A stretch of DNA of 64,000 nt from Acidobacteriota bacterium. Lineage in GTDB: Bacteria > Acidobacteriota > UBA6911 > RPQK01 > JAJDTT01. The notes below the pieces were generated by a model. The model was not told the DNA's origin. It did no database searches and saw nothing but the letters and a program-made list of their open reading frames with translations. The stretch is taken from contig OZ242374.1 in the NCBI GenBank assembly GCA_965209055.1, positions 1,184,001-1,248,000 on the forward strand. Reading direction: 5' to 3'. Positions 26,788 through 43,869 of this stretch are shown here, one piece after another. Each line of letters opens with the position of its first letter. Positions within the stretch are counted from its first letter, which is position 1. The position numbers and the translations under genes were made by a program.

Positions 26788-26872
26788 GGAGGGGTGGTCG
26801 AGTGGACAAAGGCAACGGGCTGTAAACCCGTCGCCCTTCGGGGCTACGCAGGTTCGAATCCTGCCCCCTCCA
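26788..26872 (+). tRNA. tRNA-Tyr(GTA)
   Basis: Acceptor GGAGGGG/CCCCTCC, ACGGG-CTGTAAA-CCCGT, long variable arm, GGTTCGAATCC. Confidence 0.95.
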
Positions 26873-27001
26873 GACCAGGCGCCGGGAGCGGCGGGGAGCG
26901 GCGGTTTGGAACGGCGGTTTCTAACCGCCGAATCCGAAGCCAACCCTAATCGCCACGCTCCGGATTTCGGACGGACTCGAAATTTTCGCATACGGTCGAG
27001 A

Positions 27002-27077
27002 GCGGGAGTAACTCAGTTGGTAGAGTAATAGCCTTCCAAGCTATCGGTCGCGGGTTCGAGTCCCGTCTCCCGCTCCA
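27002..27077 (+). tRNA. tRNA-Gly(TCC)
   Basis: GCGGGAG/CTCCCGC, ATAGC-CTTCCAA-GCTAT, ends in TCCA. Confidence 0.95.
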
Positions 27078-27117
27078 ACAGTGGCCTCGTGGACAACAGC
27101 CGGCGAGACGGGTATGT

Positions 27118-27189
<72 letters not shown>

Positions 27190-27227
27190 TTCCAACTGAC
27201 AGCCAAAGGTAATTCAGGAGTTCCATC

Positions 27228-28415
<1,188 letters not shown>

Positions 28416-28419
28416 GGCG

Positions 28420-28569
28420 ATGCGCGACATCATCACGCTCCGATGCATCGAGTGCAATCGGAAAAACTATAATACGACCAAGAACAAGAAGACTCAGCGA
28501 GGTCGGCTCGAGCTGAGAAAGTACTGCAGTTGGTGTCGTCGCCACGTGGCTCACCGCGAGGCGCGATAA
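28420..28569 (+). CDS. rpmG: 50S ribosomal protein L33 (Zn-binding type; not in the ORF track)
   Basis: MRDIITLRCIECNRKNYNTTKNKKTQRGRLELRKYCSWCRRHVAHREAR; conserved position after tuf. Confidence 0.95.
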   Translation: MRDIITLRCIECNRKNYNTTKNKKTQRGRLELRKYCSWCRRHVAHREAR

Positions 28570-28581
28570 ATGATTTTCAAC

Positions 28582-28659
28582 AGGCCAGTAGCTCAAAGTT
28601 GGTAGAGCGCCGGTCTCCAAAACCGGATGTTGGGGGTTCGAGTCCCTCCTGGCCTGCCA
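28582..28659 (+). tRNA. tRNA-Trp(CCA)
   Basis: AGGCCAG/CTGGCCT, CCGGT-CTCCAAA-ACCGG, ends in GCCA. Confidence 0.95.
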
Positions 28660-28696
28660 ATTTTGGGGCCCTGAGCGGCTTGGGTCCGGAACCGTC

Positions 28697-28912
28697 ATGT
28701 TGGAAAAACTTGCGAGCGCTCCCACGAGGCTGAAGAGCTTCTATTTCGACGTGAAGAGGGAATTGCGGAAGGTCACCTGGCCCGGCCGCAACGAGGTCTA
28801 TGGGACCACTGCGGTGGTGCTGATCAGCGTCTTCTTCTTCGGGTTCTATCTCTTCTTCGTGGACATGATTCTGAGCAACCTCGTGGACCGGGTGTTCGAG
28901 TTTTTCCGGTAA
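28697..28912 (+). CDS. secE: Preprotein translocase subunit SecE
   Basis: ELRKVTWP plus TM; conserved synteny. Confidence 0.95.
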   Translation: MLEKLASAPTRLKSFYFDVKRELRKVTWPGRNEVYGTTAVVLISVFFFGFYLFFVDMILSNLVDRVFEFFR

Positions 28913-29009
28913 CGAACGTGTTTTCCCCGGAGCCGGGTCCGGGACGCTGCGGAGCGGGATGACCGGCTCCGCGACAGGAAGGAAGGAGGGTTCGCCGTTG
29001 GAGGATTCC

Positions 29010-29564
29010 ATGGGTGGCTCGGGCGAATCCGCACTCCCCAAGAAGTGGTACATCATCCACACCTATTCCGGTTTCGAGCGGAAGGTGGCCGAGGGTCTCA
29101 TGAACCGGGTGCAGGCCTACGGTCTGCACGGGAAGATCGGCCAGATCCTGATTCCCACCGAGGATGTCGTGGAGATGCGCGGCGGCAAGAAGGTCGTCAC
29201 TTCCAAGCTCTTTTTTCCCGGATACATCCTGGTGGAGATGGAACTGACGGACGAGACCTGGCACCTGGTTCGCAACACCCCCAAGGTGAGCGGCTTCGTC
29301 AGTCAGGGCAACAAGCCCACGCCCCTGACCGAGGAAGAGGTCAACCAGGTGGTTCAGCGGGTGTCGACGGCCGCCGAGAAGCCCAAGCCCAAGTTCATGT
29401 TCGACAAGAACGACATGGTCAAGATCATCGACGGCCCGTTCTCCAACTTCACCGGAGAAGTCGAGGACGTGAACGTGGAACGCAGCACCCTGAAGGTCAT
29501 GGTGACCATCTTCGGAAGGCCGACGCCAGTGGAGTTGGAGTTCATACAAGTAGAAAAGCTCTAG
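29010..29564 (+). CDS. nusG: Transcription termination/antitermination factor NusG
   Basis: WYIIHTYSGFE, FPGYILV, KOW GPFSNFTG, IFGRPTPVEL. Confidence 0.97.
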   Translation: MGGSGESALPKKWYIIHTYSGFERKVAEGLMNRVQAYGLHGKIGQILIPTEDVVEMRGGKKVVTSKLFFPGYILVEMELTDETWHLVRNTPKVSGFVSQGNKPTPLTEEEVNQVVQRVSTAAEKPKPKFMFDKNDMVKIIDGPFSNFTGEVEDVNVERSTLKVMVTIFGRPTPVELEFIQVEKL

Positions 29565-29637
29565 GGGCGGCGGTTTCCTAACCGCCGAACTCTTCGCGGG
29601 AACGGCGGTTTGGAACGGCGGTTTCCTAACCGCCGAA
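29565..29637. repeat. REP pair between nusG and rplK
   Basis: GGCGGTTTCCTAACCGCC twice, the first directly after the TAG stop. Confidence 0.85.
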
Positions 29638-29660
29638 TCCCCTAGCGAACAGGAGAAAAA

Positions 29661-30098
29661 ATGGCCAGACGCAGAGGCAAACGCGTGATCGGAATGGTCA
29701 AGCTCCAGATCCCGGCCGGCAAGGCGACCCCGGCGCCCCCGGTGGGGCCGGCCCTGGGCCAGCAGGGCGTCAACATCATGGATTTCTGCAAGGCCTTCAA
29801 CGCCAAGACCAGCTCCGACGAGGGGTTGATCATTCCGGTGGTCATCACCGTCTACCACGACCGGAGCTACAGCTTCATCACCAAGACGCCGCCGGCCGCG
29901 GTCCTGTTGAAACGCGCCGCCGGAATCGCCAAGGGGTCGCCGGAGCCCAACAAGAGCAAGGTCGCCCGGGTGACCATGGGGCAGGTGGAGGAGATCGCCC
30001 GGATCAAGATGGCCGACCTGAACGCCGGCGACATGGAGGCGGCCTCGCGGATCATCATGGGGACGGCCCGGAGCATGGGAGTCGAGGTCGGTCCGTAG
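29661..30098 (+). CDS. rplK: 50S ribosomal protein L11
   Basis: [20 protein letters not shown]. Confidence 0.98.
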   Translation: MARRRGKRVIGMVKLQIPAGKATPAPPVGPALGQQGVNIMDFCKAFNAKTSSDEGLIIPVVITVYHDRSYSFITKTPPAAVLLKRAAGIAKGSPEPNKSKVARVTMGQVEEIARIKMADLNAGDMEAASRIIMGTARSMGVEVGP

Positions 30099-30113
30099 TC
30101 AGGAGCATTCCGG

Positions 30114-30803
30114 ATGGCTGGAAAGAAATACCTGGAAGCGAAGAAGAAGGTCGAACCCCGGGAATACTCGCTGGAGGACGCGATCCAGCTCCTGCAGCAG
30201 ATCAAGTTCACCCGTTTCGACGAGACCTTGGAGATCGCACTCCGTCTCGGCGTCGATCCCCGGCACGCGGACCAGATGGTCCGAGGCACCGTGGTGCTGC
30301 CTCACGGCCTGGGCAAGGCGGCGACGGTCTGCGTCATCGCCTCGGGAGAAAGGGTGAAGGAAGCCGAGGCGGCGGGTGCCGACTTCGTGGGCGGCGACGA
30401 GATCGTGGAGCGGATCCAGAAGGGTTGGCTCGGCTTCGATGCCGTCGTGGCCACCCCCGACATGATGAAGCTGGTGGGGAGGCTGGGAAGGATTCTGGGT
30501 CCCCGCGGGATGATGCCCAATCCCAAGGCGGGCACCGTCACCTTCGACGTGGGCCATGCCGTGCAGGAGATCAAGGCCGGAAAGGTGGAGTTCCGGGTGG
30601 ACCGGAACGGCGTCATCCATGCTCCCCTGGGGCAGATTTCGTTCTCCGCCGACCACTTGGTCTCCAATGCCCTCAGCTTGATCACGGCGGTGGTCAGGGC
30701 CCGGCCGGCGGCGGCCAAGGGGCGGTACCTCAGGACCATCTACGTTTCGTCCACCATGAGCCCCGGGGTGAAGGTGGACGCCAATCGAGTGGAGGCGGCG
30801 TAA
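30114..30803 (+). CDS. rplA: 50S ribosomal protein L1
   Basis: FDET...[25 protein letters not shown]. Confidence 0.98.
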   Translation: MAGKKYLEAKKKVEPREYSLEDAIQLLQQIKFTRFDETLEIALRLGVDPRHADQMVRGTVVLPHGLGKAATVCVIASGERVKEAEAAGADFVGGDEIVERIQKGWLGFDAVVATPDMMKLVGRLGRILGPRGMMPNPKAGTVTFDVGHAVQEIKAGKVEFRVDRNGVIHAPLGQISFSADHLVSNALSLITAVVRARPAAAKGRYLRTIYVSSTMSPGVKVDANRVEAA

Positions 30804-30903
30804 GGGCGCGTCCCGGGCGCCGGGCGCCGGACGGAAATGATCCGGCGGCGGCGGCTCGGACCGGACCCCGCGAAGCCCCGCCTGAAGAAAGAGGCAGGTC
30901 GCA

Positions 30904-31425
30904 GTGACACGGGACGAAAAAAGACAGATCATCCAGGCGCTCAGGCAGACCTTCCGGCAGAACCAGACGGTTCTGCTGTTGACGTTCTCCGAGATCAACG
31001 TTCCGGATCTGACCGCGTTGCGGAGGCAGATCAGGGAAGCGGGCAACGGTTACCGGGTGGTCAAGAACACTCTGGCCATCCGCGCCGCCGAGGAAACTCC
31101 CGTCGGACAGTTGAACGACGACTTCGAAGGGCCGACCGCGGTGGCCTTCTCGGATTCCGATCCCACCGTCCTGGCCAAGATCCTCAAGGAATTCGCCGAC
31201 GCCCATCCGGGCATGAAATTCAAGTCGGGAGTGGTTGCGGGGCGGGCCGTGGGGGGCGACCAGGTGTCGGAACTGGCCGACATGCCCTCGCGGGAAGAGC
31301 TCCTGGCCAAGGTTGCCTTTATGTTCAATGCTCCGCTGACTCGTCTCGCCACCACGCTGCAGTCCCCCCTCGCCAAGATGGGATCGCTGCTCAAGCAAGT
31401 GGCCGAGCAGAAAGAGGAAGCGTAA
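30904..31425 (+). CDS. rplJ: 50S ribosomal protein L10
   Basis: VVKNTL, GPTAVAF, PSREELLA; synteny. Confidence 0.95.
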   Translation: MTRDEKRQIIQALRQTFRQNQTVLLLTFSEINVPDLTALRRQIREAGNGYRVVKNTLAIRAAEETPVGQLNDDFEGPTAVAFSDSDPTVLAKILKEFADAHPGMKFKSGVVAGRAVGGDQVSELADMPSREELLAKVAFMFNAPLTRLATTLQSPLAKMGSLLKQVAEQKEEA

Positions 31426-31466
31426 TCGGAAAGGACCACCGGGTCCCTCATCGGAGGTAAAGAGAA

Positions 31467-31844
31467 ATGTCCATTACCAATGAACAGATCCTGGAGTGGA
31501 TCGGCAACGCGTCGATCCTCGAGATCAATCAGCTCGTCAAGGACATGGAGGAGAAGTTCGGGATCAGCGCCGCCGTGGCGGCTCCCGCCGCCGTCGGTGG
31601 CGCAGGGGCCGCGGCCGAGGCCGTCGAGGAGCAGACCGAATTCGACGTGGTCCTCACCTCCTACGGAGCCAAGAAGATCAATGTCATCAAGGTGGTCCGC
31701 CAGGTCACCACTTTGGGACTGAAGGAAGCCAAGGACCTGGTGGAGAGTGCTCCCAAGACGGTTCGCGAAGCGGTGGACAAGGAAGAAGCCGAGAAGATCA
31801 AGAAGCTCTTCGAGGACGCCGGCGCGACCGTCGAGCTCAAGTAG
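31467..31844 (+). CDS. rplL: 50S ribosomal protein L7/L12
   Basis: [29 protein letters not shown]. Confidence 0.98.
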   Translation: MSITNEQILEWIGNASILEINQLVKDMEEKFGISAAVAAPAAVGGAGAAAEAVEEQTEFDVVLTSYGAKKINVIKVVRQVTTLGLKEAKDLVESAPKTVREAVDKEEAEKIKKLFEDAGATVELK

Positions 31845-32101
31845 AAGCGGATCCCGTCGCTGGAGCGGCGGGAGCGGCGGTTGGAACGGCGGTTTCCTAA
31901 CCGCCGACTCCCCCCTCCCCGCTCCCCGTCCCACAGCGCCCCCCGGCGCGGGGCCGCGTGCGGGTGCCCGGGTTTCACGTCCCTCTCGCCGGCGGGGCGA
32001 GCAGGTTCCTAATGTCAGATTTTCTTCATGGCGCCGACCGGGTTTCGGGAGAAGTTACCCGATGACCGGACCAGGCCGGACCAAGCTGGGAGTTATTGCG
32101 C

Positions 32102-35100
32102 ATGTCTGAACTCGTCGAGAGTGTCAATGGAGAGCGCGTCGATTTTGCCAAGATCAGGACCGTCTTTCCGATTCCCAACCTGCTCGAGGTCCAGAAGCAG
32201 TCCTATCAGCGATTTCTCCAGATGGACCTGCTTCCTTCCGAGCGGGAGGACATCGGCCTGCAGGCGGTCTTCAACTCGGTATTTCCCATCGCCGACTTCA
32301 GAGGCATCTCATCGCTGGAGTTCGTGGACTACTCCATCGGGAACTGGGAGTGCAAGTGCGGGGAGATCAAGGGGATCGAGAAGCTGCGGAGTTCCTGCGC
32401 CAGTTGCGGCGAGACCCTGGTGGTGAACCCGTACAGCGTCGAGGACATCACCTGCCGCAGTTGCGGCTCGCGGAATCCCAACAAGGTGGAGCGTTGCGAG
32501 GCCTGCGGCGATCCGGTTCACCTCAACATCAAGTACAACCTGGACGAGTGCAAGGAGCGGGGGATGACCTATTCGGTTCCGCTCCGCGTCACCATCCGGC
32601 TGGTGGTCTGGGACAAGAACCCCGATACCGACGACAGGACGATTCGGGACATCAAGGAGCAGGAGGTCTTTTTCGGGGACATCCCCCTGATGACCGAGAA
32701 CGGGCTCTTCATCATCAACGGGACCGAGCGGGTCATCGTCAGCCAGTTGCACCGCTCTCCCGGAGTCTTCTTCGAATCCAACCGGGTCAAGAAACATTGC
32801 CTGGCCAAGATCATCCCCTACCGGGGATCCTGGGTAGAGTTCGAGTTCGACGAGAAGAAAAACCTGCTCCACATCCGGATCGACCGCAAACGGAAGTTTC
32901 CCGCCACCGTCTTCCTGCGCGCGCTGGGACTGGAGACCGACGAGGAGATCCTGCGCACCTTCTACACCGTCTCCACGATTCGGGTCGGAGCGGACGGCAG
33001 ATTGTTCCGGAAGCTGGATGAATCGTTGATCGGGACCCGGTCCAGCCACGGCGTCCCGGACCCGTCCGATGAGGATCGCCCTCTGGTCCGGGCCGGACGG
33101 AAGTACAGCCAGACCAGCTATTCGCGAATGCTGAAGGCCGGCGTGGACGAGGTGGAGATCGGAATCGAAGACTTGCAGGGAGCCATGTCGGCCGCGGAGG
33201 TCGTCGATTTCAAGACCGGCGAGATCCTGCTGGAGGCCAACAACTTCGTCGCCGAGAGCACCGTGAACCGGGCCATCGAGGCGGGCATCGAGGAACTGGC
33301 GGTCTTCTATCCGGAGTCGGACGACGTGGGGACGATTCTGACCGATACCGTCAAGAAAGACGCGGTCAAGTCCCGGGAGGAAGCGCTCATCGAAATCTAC
33401 CGGAAGCAGCGGCCCGGCGATCCTCCCACGCTGGATACGGCGACGGCCCTCTTCAAGGGGATGTTCCAGGATCCCAGGCGGTACGACTTCTCGCGCGTGG
33501 GCCGTCTGAAGCTGAACATCAAGCTGGGTCAGGACATTTCCCTCGACGAGCGGACCCTTTCCACCAGCGATTTCTGCCAGATCGTCGACTACCTGATGAG
33601 GCTCGGGAACAACCTGGGGGCCGCCGACGACATCGACCACTTGGGGAACCGGCGGGTCAGAGCCGTCGGAGAGCTCCTGGAGAACCAGTTCCGCATCGGC
33701 CTGGTGCGAATGGAGCGGGCCATCAAGGAAAAGATGTCCGTGCACCAGGAGATGACCACGGCCATGCCCCATGATCTGATCAACGCGAAGCCGGTGACGG
33801 CCTCCATCCGGGAGTTCTTCGGCAGCAGCCAACTCTCCCAGTTCATGGATCAGACCAATCCGCTTTCGGAGATCACCCACAAGCGGCGGCTCTCCGCTCT
33901 CGGGCCGGGCGGCCTCAGCCGCGAACGGGCGGGGTTCGAGGTACGCGACGTCCACCCCTCCCACTACGGGCGCATCTGTCCGGTGGAGACGCCGGAAGGG
34001 CCCAACATCGGGCTGATCTCCTCCCTGAGCTGCTACGCCCGGATCGACCAGTTCGGTTTCATCGAGTCCCCCTACCAGAAGGTGGTGGACGGCCGGATCC
34101 TGGACTACGTCCGGATCACCGACGCGGGAGACTCCGAATTCAAGATCGCCGAGGCGTATCCCTACGACGACGTGGTGCAGACCAACAAGGTGTTGAGCGG
34201 CCGCAAGAAACGGCTCGTCCGGTCCGAACCGCACGCCTTCTACCTCACCGCCTGGCAGGGCGACAAGCATGTCACGGCCCAGGCCAACGTGGAGGTGGAC
34301 GATCGGGGCCGGCTGATCCGCGACCGGGTGAGCGCCCGGCACGAGGGGAACTTCGTTTTCGTTCCCAAGGATGAGGTCCAGTACGTGGACGTCAGCCCCA
34401 AGCAGTTGGTCAGCGTGGCGGCCAGCCTGGTCCCCTTTCTGGAACACGACGATGCCAACCGGGCCCTGATGGGCTCCAACATGCAGCGGCAGGCGGTCCC
34501 CTTGATTCGGGCCGAGGCGCCGCTGGTGGGCACCGGCATGGAGCGCATCGCCGCCCGCGATTCGGGGGCAGTCATCCTCTGCAAGCGCGACGGAATCGTG
34601 GACAGCGTCGATGCCCAGCGGATCATCGTGCGGGTCATCAGCCAGGACGGAGACGAGACCCGGGGAGCCGGCGTCGACATCTACAAGCTGATCAAGTTCG
34701 CCCGGTCCAACCAGAACACGTGCATCAACCAGAAGCCGCTGGTTCGTATCGGGCAGCAGGTCCGGAAGGGTCAGGTCCTGGTGGACGGTCCCTGCACCGA
34801 CCAGGGGGAACTGGCGCTGGGACGAAACGTCCTGGTGGCGTTCATGCCCTGGCGGGGCTACAACTTCGAAGACGCCATTCTGGTCAGCGAGAAGCTGGTC
34901 AAGGAGGACATCTACACCTCCGTTCACATCGAAGAGCTGGACATCGAGTCCCGCGACACCAAGTTGGGTCCCGAGGACATCACCCGGGACATTCCCAACG
35001 TGAGCGAGTCGGTCCTGGCCGACCTGGACGAGAGCGGGATCGTCCGGATCGGGGCCAAGATCCGGCCCGGCGACATCATGGTGGGGAAGGTGACTCCCAA

Positions 35101-36463
35101 GGGTGAGACCCAGCTCACCCCCGAAGAGAAGCTCTTGAGAGCCATCTTCGGCGAGAAGGCGGGCGAGGTGAAGGACGCGTCCCTCTATGCCCCGCCGGGC
35201 ATCGAAGGAACGGTGGTCGGAGTGAAGATCTTCGCCCGCAAGGGAGTGCCCAAGGACCTCAGGAGCCAGCAGATCGAGGATGAAGAGGTGGCCCGCCTGG
35301 CCAAGGACCGGCAAGACGAGATCCGGATCATCCGCGAAGAGGCCGCCAAGACCATGTTGGATCTGGTCTCCGGCGCCACGCTGGCGGAAGACCTCATCGA
35401 CCTTCAGGGCGAGGTGTTGGGCCGCGAGGGCGACCAGGTCTCGCGCCGCCGGTTGAAGCGCCTCCCGTACCGCGAGCTGGTCGAGGTGGTTCCCGACGAT
35501 GCGAAGCTGCGGCAGGAGCTCGCCGGCCTGTTCCGGAAGACGGAGAGGCAGATCAAGATCCTGCATTCCCTTCACGACGAGCGGCTGGGCCGGATCGAGA
35601 AGGGGGACGAGCTGGCGCCCGGCGTCATCAAGATGGTGAAGGTGTACGTGGCCATGAAGCGGAAGCTCTCCGTGGGCGACAAGATGGCCGGAAGGCACGG
35701 CAACAAGGGAGTTATCGCCCGCATCACCCCCGAAGAGGACATGCCCTATCTGCCCGACGGCACGCCGGTCGAGATTTTGCTGAACCCCTTGGGGGTCCCC
35801 TCCCGGATGAACGTGGGGCAGATCCTGGAGTCGCATTTGGGTTGGGCGGCCAAATCGCTGGGGGTGCACTACGCCACTCCCGTATTCGACGGGGCCGAGG
35901 AGCCGGAGATTCGGTCCGAGCTGCGCAGAGCGAGTCTCCCGGAGGACGGCAAGACGGTCCTCTACGACGGAGTGACCGGCAAGTCTTTCGACCAGAAGGT
36001 GATGGTCGGCTACATCTACATGAACAAGTTGAGCCACCTGGTGGACGAGAAGATCCACGCCCGCTCCATCGGGCCCTACAGCCTGATCACCCAGCAGCCC
36101 CTGGGGGGCAAGGCCCAGTTCGGAGGACAGCGGTTCGGAGAAATGGAGGTCTGGGCCCTGGAAGGCTACGGAGCGGCCCACATTCTCCAGGAGCTGCTGA
36201 CCGCCAAGTCGGACGATGTCCATGGGCGGGCCAAGATCTACGAGGCCATCGTCAAGGGTGAGTCCAACTACACCCCGGGAATTCCCGAATCGTTCAACGT
36301 TCTGATTCGGGAACTCCAGTCCCTGGGTCTGGACGTGGAGCTGGTGGAGCGGCCTCGCAGGAGGTTCCGCCGCCGGTCCGAGATCCGGGAGTCCGTGGAA
36401 TCCATGGTGACCGAAACGCCGGAGGCGGAAGAGGCTCCCGCGCCGGAGACCATGGACGCCTGA
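32102..36463 (+). CDS. rpoB: DNA-directed RNA polymerase subunit beta
   Basis: [19 protein letters not shown], rifampicin cluster [20 protein letters not shown]; N-terminal Cys-rich insertion. Confidence 0.99.
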   Translation: MSELVESVNGERVDFAKIRTVFPIPNLLEVQKQSYQRFLQMDLLPSEREDIGLQAVFNSVFPIADFRGISSLEFVDYSIGNWECKCGEIKGIEKLRSSCASCGETLVVNPYSVEDITCRSCGSRNPNKVERCEACGDPVHLNIKYNLDECKERGMTYSVPLRVTIRLVVWDKNPDTDDRTIRDIKEQEVFFGDIPLMTENGLFIINGTERVIVSQLHRSPGVFFESNRVKKHCLAKIIPYRGSWVEFEFDEKKNLLHIRIDRKRKFPATVFLRALGLETDEEILRTFYTVSTIRVGADGRLFRKLDESLIGTRSSHGVPDPSDEDRPLVRAGRKYSQTSYSRMLKAGVDEVEIGIEDLQGAMSAAEVVDFKTGEILLEANNFVAESTVNRAIEAGIEELAVFYPESDDVGTILTDTVKKDAVKSREEALIEIYRKQRPGDPPTLDTATALFKGMFQDPRRYDFSRVGRLKLNIKLGQDISLDERTLSTSDFCQIVDYLMRLGNNLGAADDIDHLGNRRVRAVGELLENQFRIGLVRMERAIKEKMSVHQEMTTAMPHDLINAKPVTASIREFFGSSQLSQFMDQTNPLSEITHKRRLSALGPGGLSRERAGFEVRDVHPSHYGRICPVETPEGPNIGLISSLSCYARIDQFGFIESPYQKVVDGRILDYVRITDAGDSEFKIAEAYPYDDVVQTNKVLSGRKKRLVRSEPHAFYLTAWQGDKHVTAQANVEVDDRGRLIRDRVSARHEGNFVFVPKDEVQYVDVSPKQLVSVAASLVPFLEHDDANRALMGSNMQRQAVPLIRAEAPLVGTGMERIAARDSGAVILCKRDGIVDSVDAQRIIVRVISQDGDETRGAGVDIYKLIKFARSNQNTCINQKPLVRIGQQVRKGQVLVDGPCTDQGELALGRNVLVAFMPWRGYNFEDAILVSEKLVKEDIYTSVHIEELDIESRDTKLGPEDITRDIPNVSESVLADLDESGIVRIGAKIRPGDIMVGKVTPKGETQLTPEEKLLRAIFGEKAGEVKDASLYAPPGIEGTVVGVKIFARKGVPKDLRSQQIEDEEVARLAKDRQDEIRIIREEAAKTMLDLVSGATLAEDLIDLQGEVLGREGDQVSRRRLKRLPYRELVEVVPDDAKLRQELAGLFRKTERQIKILHSLHDERLGRIEKGDELAPGVIKMVKVYVAMKRKLSVGDKMAGRHGNKGVIARITPEEDMPYLPDGTPVEILLNPLGVPSRMNVGQILESHLGWAAKSLGVHYATPVFDGAEEPEIRSELRRASLPEDGKTVLYDGVTGKSFDQKVMVGYIYMNKLSHLVDEKIHARSIGPYSLITQQPLGGKAQFGGQRFGEMEVWALEGYGAAHILQELLTAKSDDVHGRAKIYEAIVKGESNYTPGIPESFNVLIRELQSLGLDVELVERPRRRFRRRSEIRESVESMVTETPEAEEAPAPETMDA

Positions 36464-36506
36464 GGGTCCCAATGCGCGTTCGCTGACACTGTTTGGGAGG
36501 AAAGCT

Positions 36507-40724
<4,218 letters not shown>

Positions 40725-40901
40725 GAGGGGCGACTTTCCTGTCGCCCGGTCTTCATTGTTATTGTGCGAGTCGGCAGGGGAGAAGTGTAGAGGGGGGACT
40801 GCCGTCCCGCCTGACCTCCCCTATTGGCGACAGGAAAGTCGCCACTCCCCCGGCGACAAGAATGTCGCCGGTCCTATCCGGCGGTAGGAAAACCGCCGCT
40901 C
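40725..40901. repeat. REP cluster after rpoC
   Basis: GAGGGGCGACTTTCCTGTCGCCC directly after TAG, plus inverted copies GGCGACAGGAAAGTCGCC, GGCGACAAGAATGTCGCC and GGCGGTAGGAAAACCGCC. Confidence 0.85.
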
Positions 40902-40906
40902 CTTCT

Positions 40907-41470
40907 CTACTCTTCGGTGGGTCCTTCGCCCGACTCGGCCTCGGTGCCTAATACGGGACTGGCCTGCGTCGGCGTTGATCCGTCGGCGCTGTAGCGGATC
41001 ACTCCAGTCTGATCGGCGAAAAATCCCCGCTGTCCGGTGGTGCCCGCCGTGACGGGAACGGCAGTGACCGTAAACCCGCTGGAGCCGTCCGGCGTCAGGG
41101 TCAGGTTGTAGCCGTCCTTGGTGCCGGATCCCAGCGCCGCATCGATGAGCCCCTGCGCCACGAGTTCTTCCGTGCTCCCGAAGGATCCGTTCCCCACGGT
41201 GGACGCATAGGTGATCTCGCTGGTGACGATGACCCGGAGGGAGGCGATGGCCGAGGTCTCGTTGGCGAAGAGGCGGGAACGCATGAAATTGGGAACCGCC
41301 AAAATGGAGATGATCCCGATGACGGCCACCACGATCATCAATTCGATCAGAGAGAATCCGGCAGCTCCGTCCTTGGGGGAGTGAGAGGGCATCGAGCCGA
41401 AGCTGCCGGACTCCTTTCGGATCCGGTCTCCGCAGTCGGAAACCGGAAAGACGCTGGTTCGTCGGAACAT
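40907..41470 (-). CDS. Type IV pilin (prepilin)
   Basis: Class III cleavage/methylation site G|FSLIELMIVVAVIGII, then ANETSAIASLR. Alternative start at 41392. Confidence 0.9.
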   Translation of the reverse strand: MFRRTSVFPVSDCGDRIRKESGSFGSMPSHSPKDGAAGFSLIELMIVVAVIGIISILAVPNFMRSRLFANETSAIASLRVIVTSEITYASTVGNGSFGSTEELVAQGLIDAALGSGTKDGYNLTLTPDGSSGFTVTAVPVTAGTTGQRGFFADQTGVIRYSADGSTPTQASPVLGTEAESGEGPTEE

Positions 41471-41567
41471 CTTTATTTCATCCTCGCTGGCTGTTTCATC
41501 CTTGCATAGTATGAAACGTCGCCGCCCGCGTATCCATGAGAGAAAATGAGGAAAGAGGAAAGCTCCC

Positions 41568-42701
41568 CTACATCTGGGACAATCTTCCCATCAAACTGAA
41601 AATGGGCATGTACATGGACAGCACCATGCCGCCGACGACGATGCCCAGGACCAACATCATCATGGGTTCCAGCAGGGCCAGAAACCGGTTGATGCTGGTG
41701 TCCGCTTCCTCCTCGTAGTAGACCGCCAGTTTCAAAAGCATGTCGTCCAGTGTGCCCGTCAGCTCGCCGATCCGAATGATCTCCGACGCCATTTGGGGAA
41801 AGAGGCCGCTGTGCCGGAATGGTTCCGCCAAGGCGCTCCCCGACTCGACCTCACTCCGGAGCGCCAGCACCGTCTGCTGAAATCGCCCGTTTCCCAGAGC
41901 CCGGGCCGTCAGGTCCATGGCTTCCAGGATGGGGACTCCGCTGGAGAGGAGCGTGGATAGGGTCCGTGCGAAATTGGCCGTCAGGAGTTGGGTGGTCACC
42001 GGACCCAACAGCGGCGCCGCCAGAATGATGCGATCCATCCACATCCGCCCCTTGGCCGTCCGAAAGTAGAGTCCACCCGCTATGGCCCCCATCCCCGCCC
42101 CCAGGCTCAGGAGCAGTCCCCACCGGCTCAGGAACCCGCTGGCTCCCATGACCATCCGCGTCGGCAAGGGGAGGGGGACGTCCAGGTTGGCGAAGAGGGA
42201 CGCGAACACCGGAATCACCCAGACCAGGATGACGCCCAGAACCAGGAACGAAGTCACGATGACGACCGCCGGATAGAGCGAGGCCGAGAGCACCGCCTTG
42301 CGCCATTGCAGCCGTTTTTCCAGGAACCGGGTGAGGCGCTCGAACACGGTGTCCAGGAATCCCCCCGTCTCGCCCGCCCGGACCATGTTGACGAAAAGGG
42401 GATCGAAGACACGGGAATGGCGCTCCAGCGCCGCAGCAAGGGTGGAACCCGATTCCACGTCGTAACGGACCTGGCGCAGGGTGGAGCCCAGGGCGCGGTT
42501 CTCCTCCTGCCGGGCCAGATTCTGCAAGGCCGTCACCAGCGAGACGCCCGCCCCCAGCATCACCGACAGTTGCCGCGTGAAAAGAGCCAACTGCCGGGTC
42601 GAGATCCTTCCGATTCGAGCCTGAGCAATGCGGCGGGGACGAAACTCCCGCCCGTCTGAAATCGCCACTGATACTGGTAACGATTGCGGATGGGAAAACA
42701 A
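41568..42701 (-). CDS. pilC: Type IV pilus platform protein (GspF family), N-terminus apparently short
   Basis: FTRQLSVMLGAG, AGETGG, YP, GELTGTLD, LEP...MYMPIF. Confidence 0.88.
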   Translation of the reverse strand: MFSHPQSLPVSVAISDGREFRPRRIAQARIGRISTRQLALFTRQLSVMLGAGVSLVTALQNLARQEENRALGSTLRQVRYDVESGSTLAAALERHSRVFDPLFVNMVRAGETGGFLDTVFERLTRFLEKRLQWRKAVLSASLYPAVVIVTSFLVLGVILVWVIPVFASLFANLDVPLPLPTRMVMGASGFLSRWGLLLSLGAGMGAIAGGLYFRTAKGRMWMDRIILAAPLLGPVTTQLLTANFARTLSTLLSSGVPILEAMDLTARALGNGRFQQTVLALRSEVESGSALAEPFRHSGLFPQMASEIIRIGELTGTLDDMLLKLAVYYEEEADTSINRFLALLEPMMMLVLGIVVGGMVLSMYMPIFSLMGRLSQM

Positions 42702-42716
42702 CGAACAGGCGATTTC

Positions 42717-43859
42717 CTAATCGCGCGTTTCTGTAGGTGTCCGCCTGCCACTCGGGAATCGGCGGTTGGGAAACCGCCGCCCCAGGCACCGCGTTAGATC
42801 GGCGGTGTCGGGGGAGACTTCCAGGCAGGCCTCGTGGGAGATCCGGCCCGCACGGACCAGCTCGGCCAGACTCTGATTCAGGGTGCGCATCCCGCTTCCG
42901 GACTGTCCCGTCTGCATGGCCGAGCGGATCTGGTGGAGCTTGTGCTCGCGGATCAGGTTCCGGATGGCCGGGTTGGGGATCAGGACTTCCGCGGCAGCGA
43001 CCCGCCCTTGCCCGTCGCGGGACCGGATCAAGGTCTGGCAGACGATTCCCTCCAGGACCGAGGAGAGGAGGGACTGGATGCGGCCCTGCTGATCGGCCGG
43101 AAACATGTCCAGGATTCTCCCGATGGTGTCGGGCGCCGTTCGGGTGTGAAGGGTCGAGAGGGTCAGGTGCCCCGTTTCGGCCAGCCGGAGGGTGGTCTCG
43201 ATGGTCTCGGTGTCCCTCATCTCTCCCACCAGGACCACGTCGGGGTCCTGCCTCAGGGCCATGCGGAGCGCCGACGCGAAGGAGGGGGAGTCCCCCGGAA
43301 CCTCCCTCTGGCTGACGACGCTCATCTGGTTGTGGTGCACGAATTCAATGGGATCTTCGATGGTGATGATGTGTTTGGCCCGGGTTCGATTGATCCGGTC
43401 GATGAGGGCCGCCAGCGTGGTCGACTTGCCGCTGCCGGAGGAGCCGGCCACCAGAATCAGGCCGTGGGGCCGGGCGGCCACGCGCTCCACCACGGCGGGC
43501 AGGCCCAGTTCCTCCAGTGGTTTGACCTGAAGCGGGATGAGCCGCACGACTGCCGCCGTCTTGCCCCGGCGGGTGAAGACGTTGGCGCGGAATCGGGACA
43601 GCCCTTCCACCTCGAAGCTGAAGTCGATCTCCCGGAGACGTTCGAACCGGGACTGTTGCCGGTCCGACATGATGCCGTAGGCCAGATTCCGTGTCTCTTC
43701 CAGGTTCGGTTGGAGGTGGTTCGCGGCCACCAGCCGGCCATGGACGCGCAGGCAGGGTACGGAATCGGGAATGAGATGCAGGTCGCTGGCGCCGGAGTCG
43801 TGGGCCAACCGCAACAGGTTCAGGATCTGTCCCGTGGGACGCGTCTGGTCAGTCACCAT
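42717..43859 (-). CDS. pilT: Type IV pilus retraction ATPase
   Basis: ASDLHL, GSGKSTT, TIEDPIE, ALRQDPD, AETGHL, AIRNLIRE. Confidence 0.95.
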   Translation of the reverse strand: MVTDQTRPTGQILNLLRLAHDSGASDLHLIPDSVPCLRVHGRLVAANHLQPNLEETRNLAYGIMSDRQQSRFERLREIDFSFEVEGLSRFRANVFTRRGKTAAVVRLIPLQVKPLEELGLPAVVERVAARPHGLILVAGSSGSGKSTTLAALIDRINRTRAKHIITIEDPIEFVHHNQMSVVSQREVPGDSPSFASALRMALRQDPDVVLVGEMRDTETIETTLRLAETGHLTLSTLHTRTAPDTIGRILDMFPADQQGRIQSLLSSVLEGIVCQTLIRSRDGQGRVAAAEVLIPNPAIRNLIREHKLHQIRSAMQTGQSGSGMRTLNQSLAELVRAGRISHEACLEVSPDTADLTRCLGRRFPNRRFPSGRRTPTETRD

Positions 43860-43869
43860 GTTCCGCCGC

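Noticed and set aside
30804-30903. L10 leader RNA before rplJ
   Set aside because: Expected at this position, but I could not identify the conserved motif by eye; it needs a covariance-model search.
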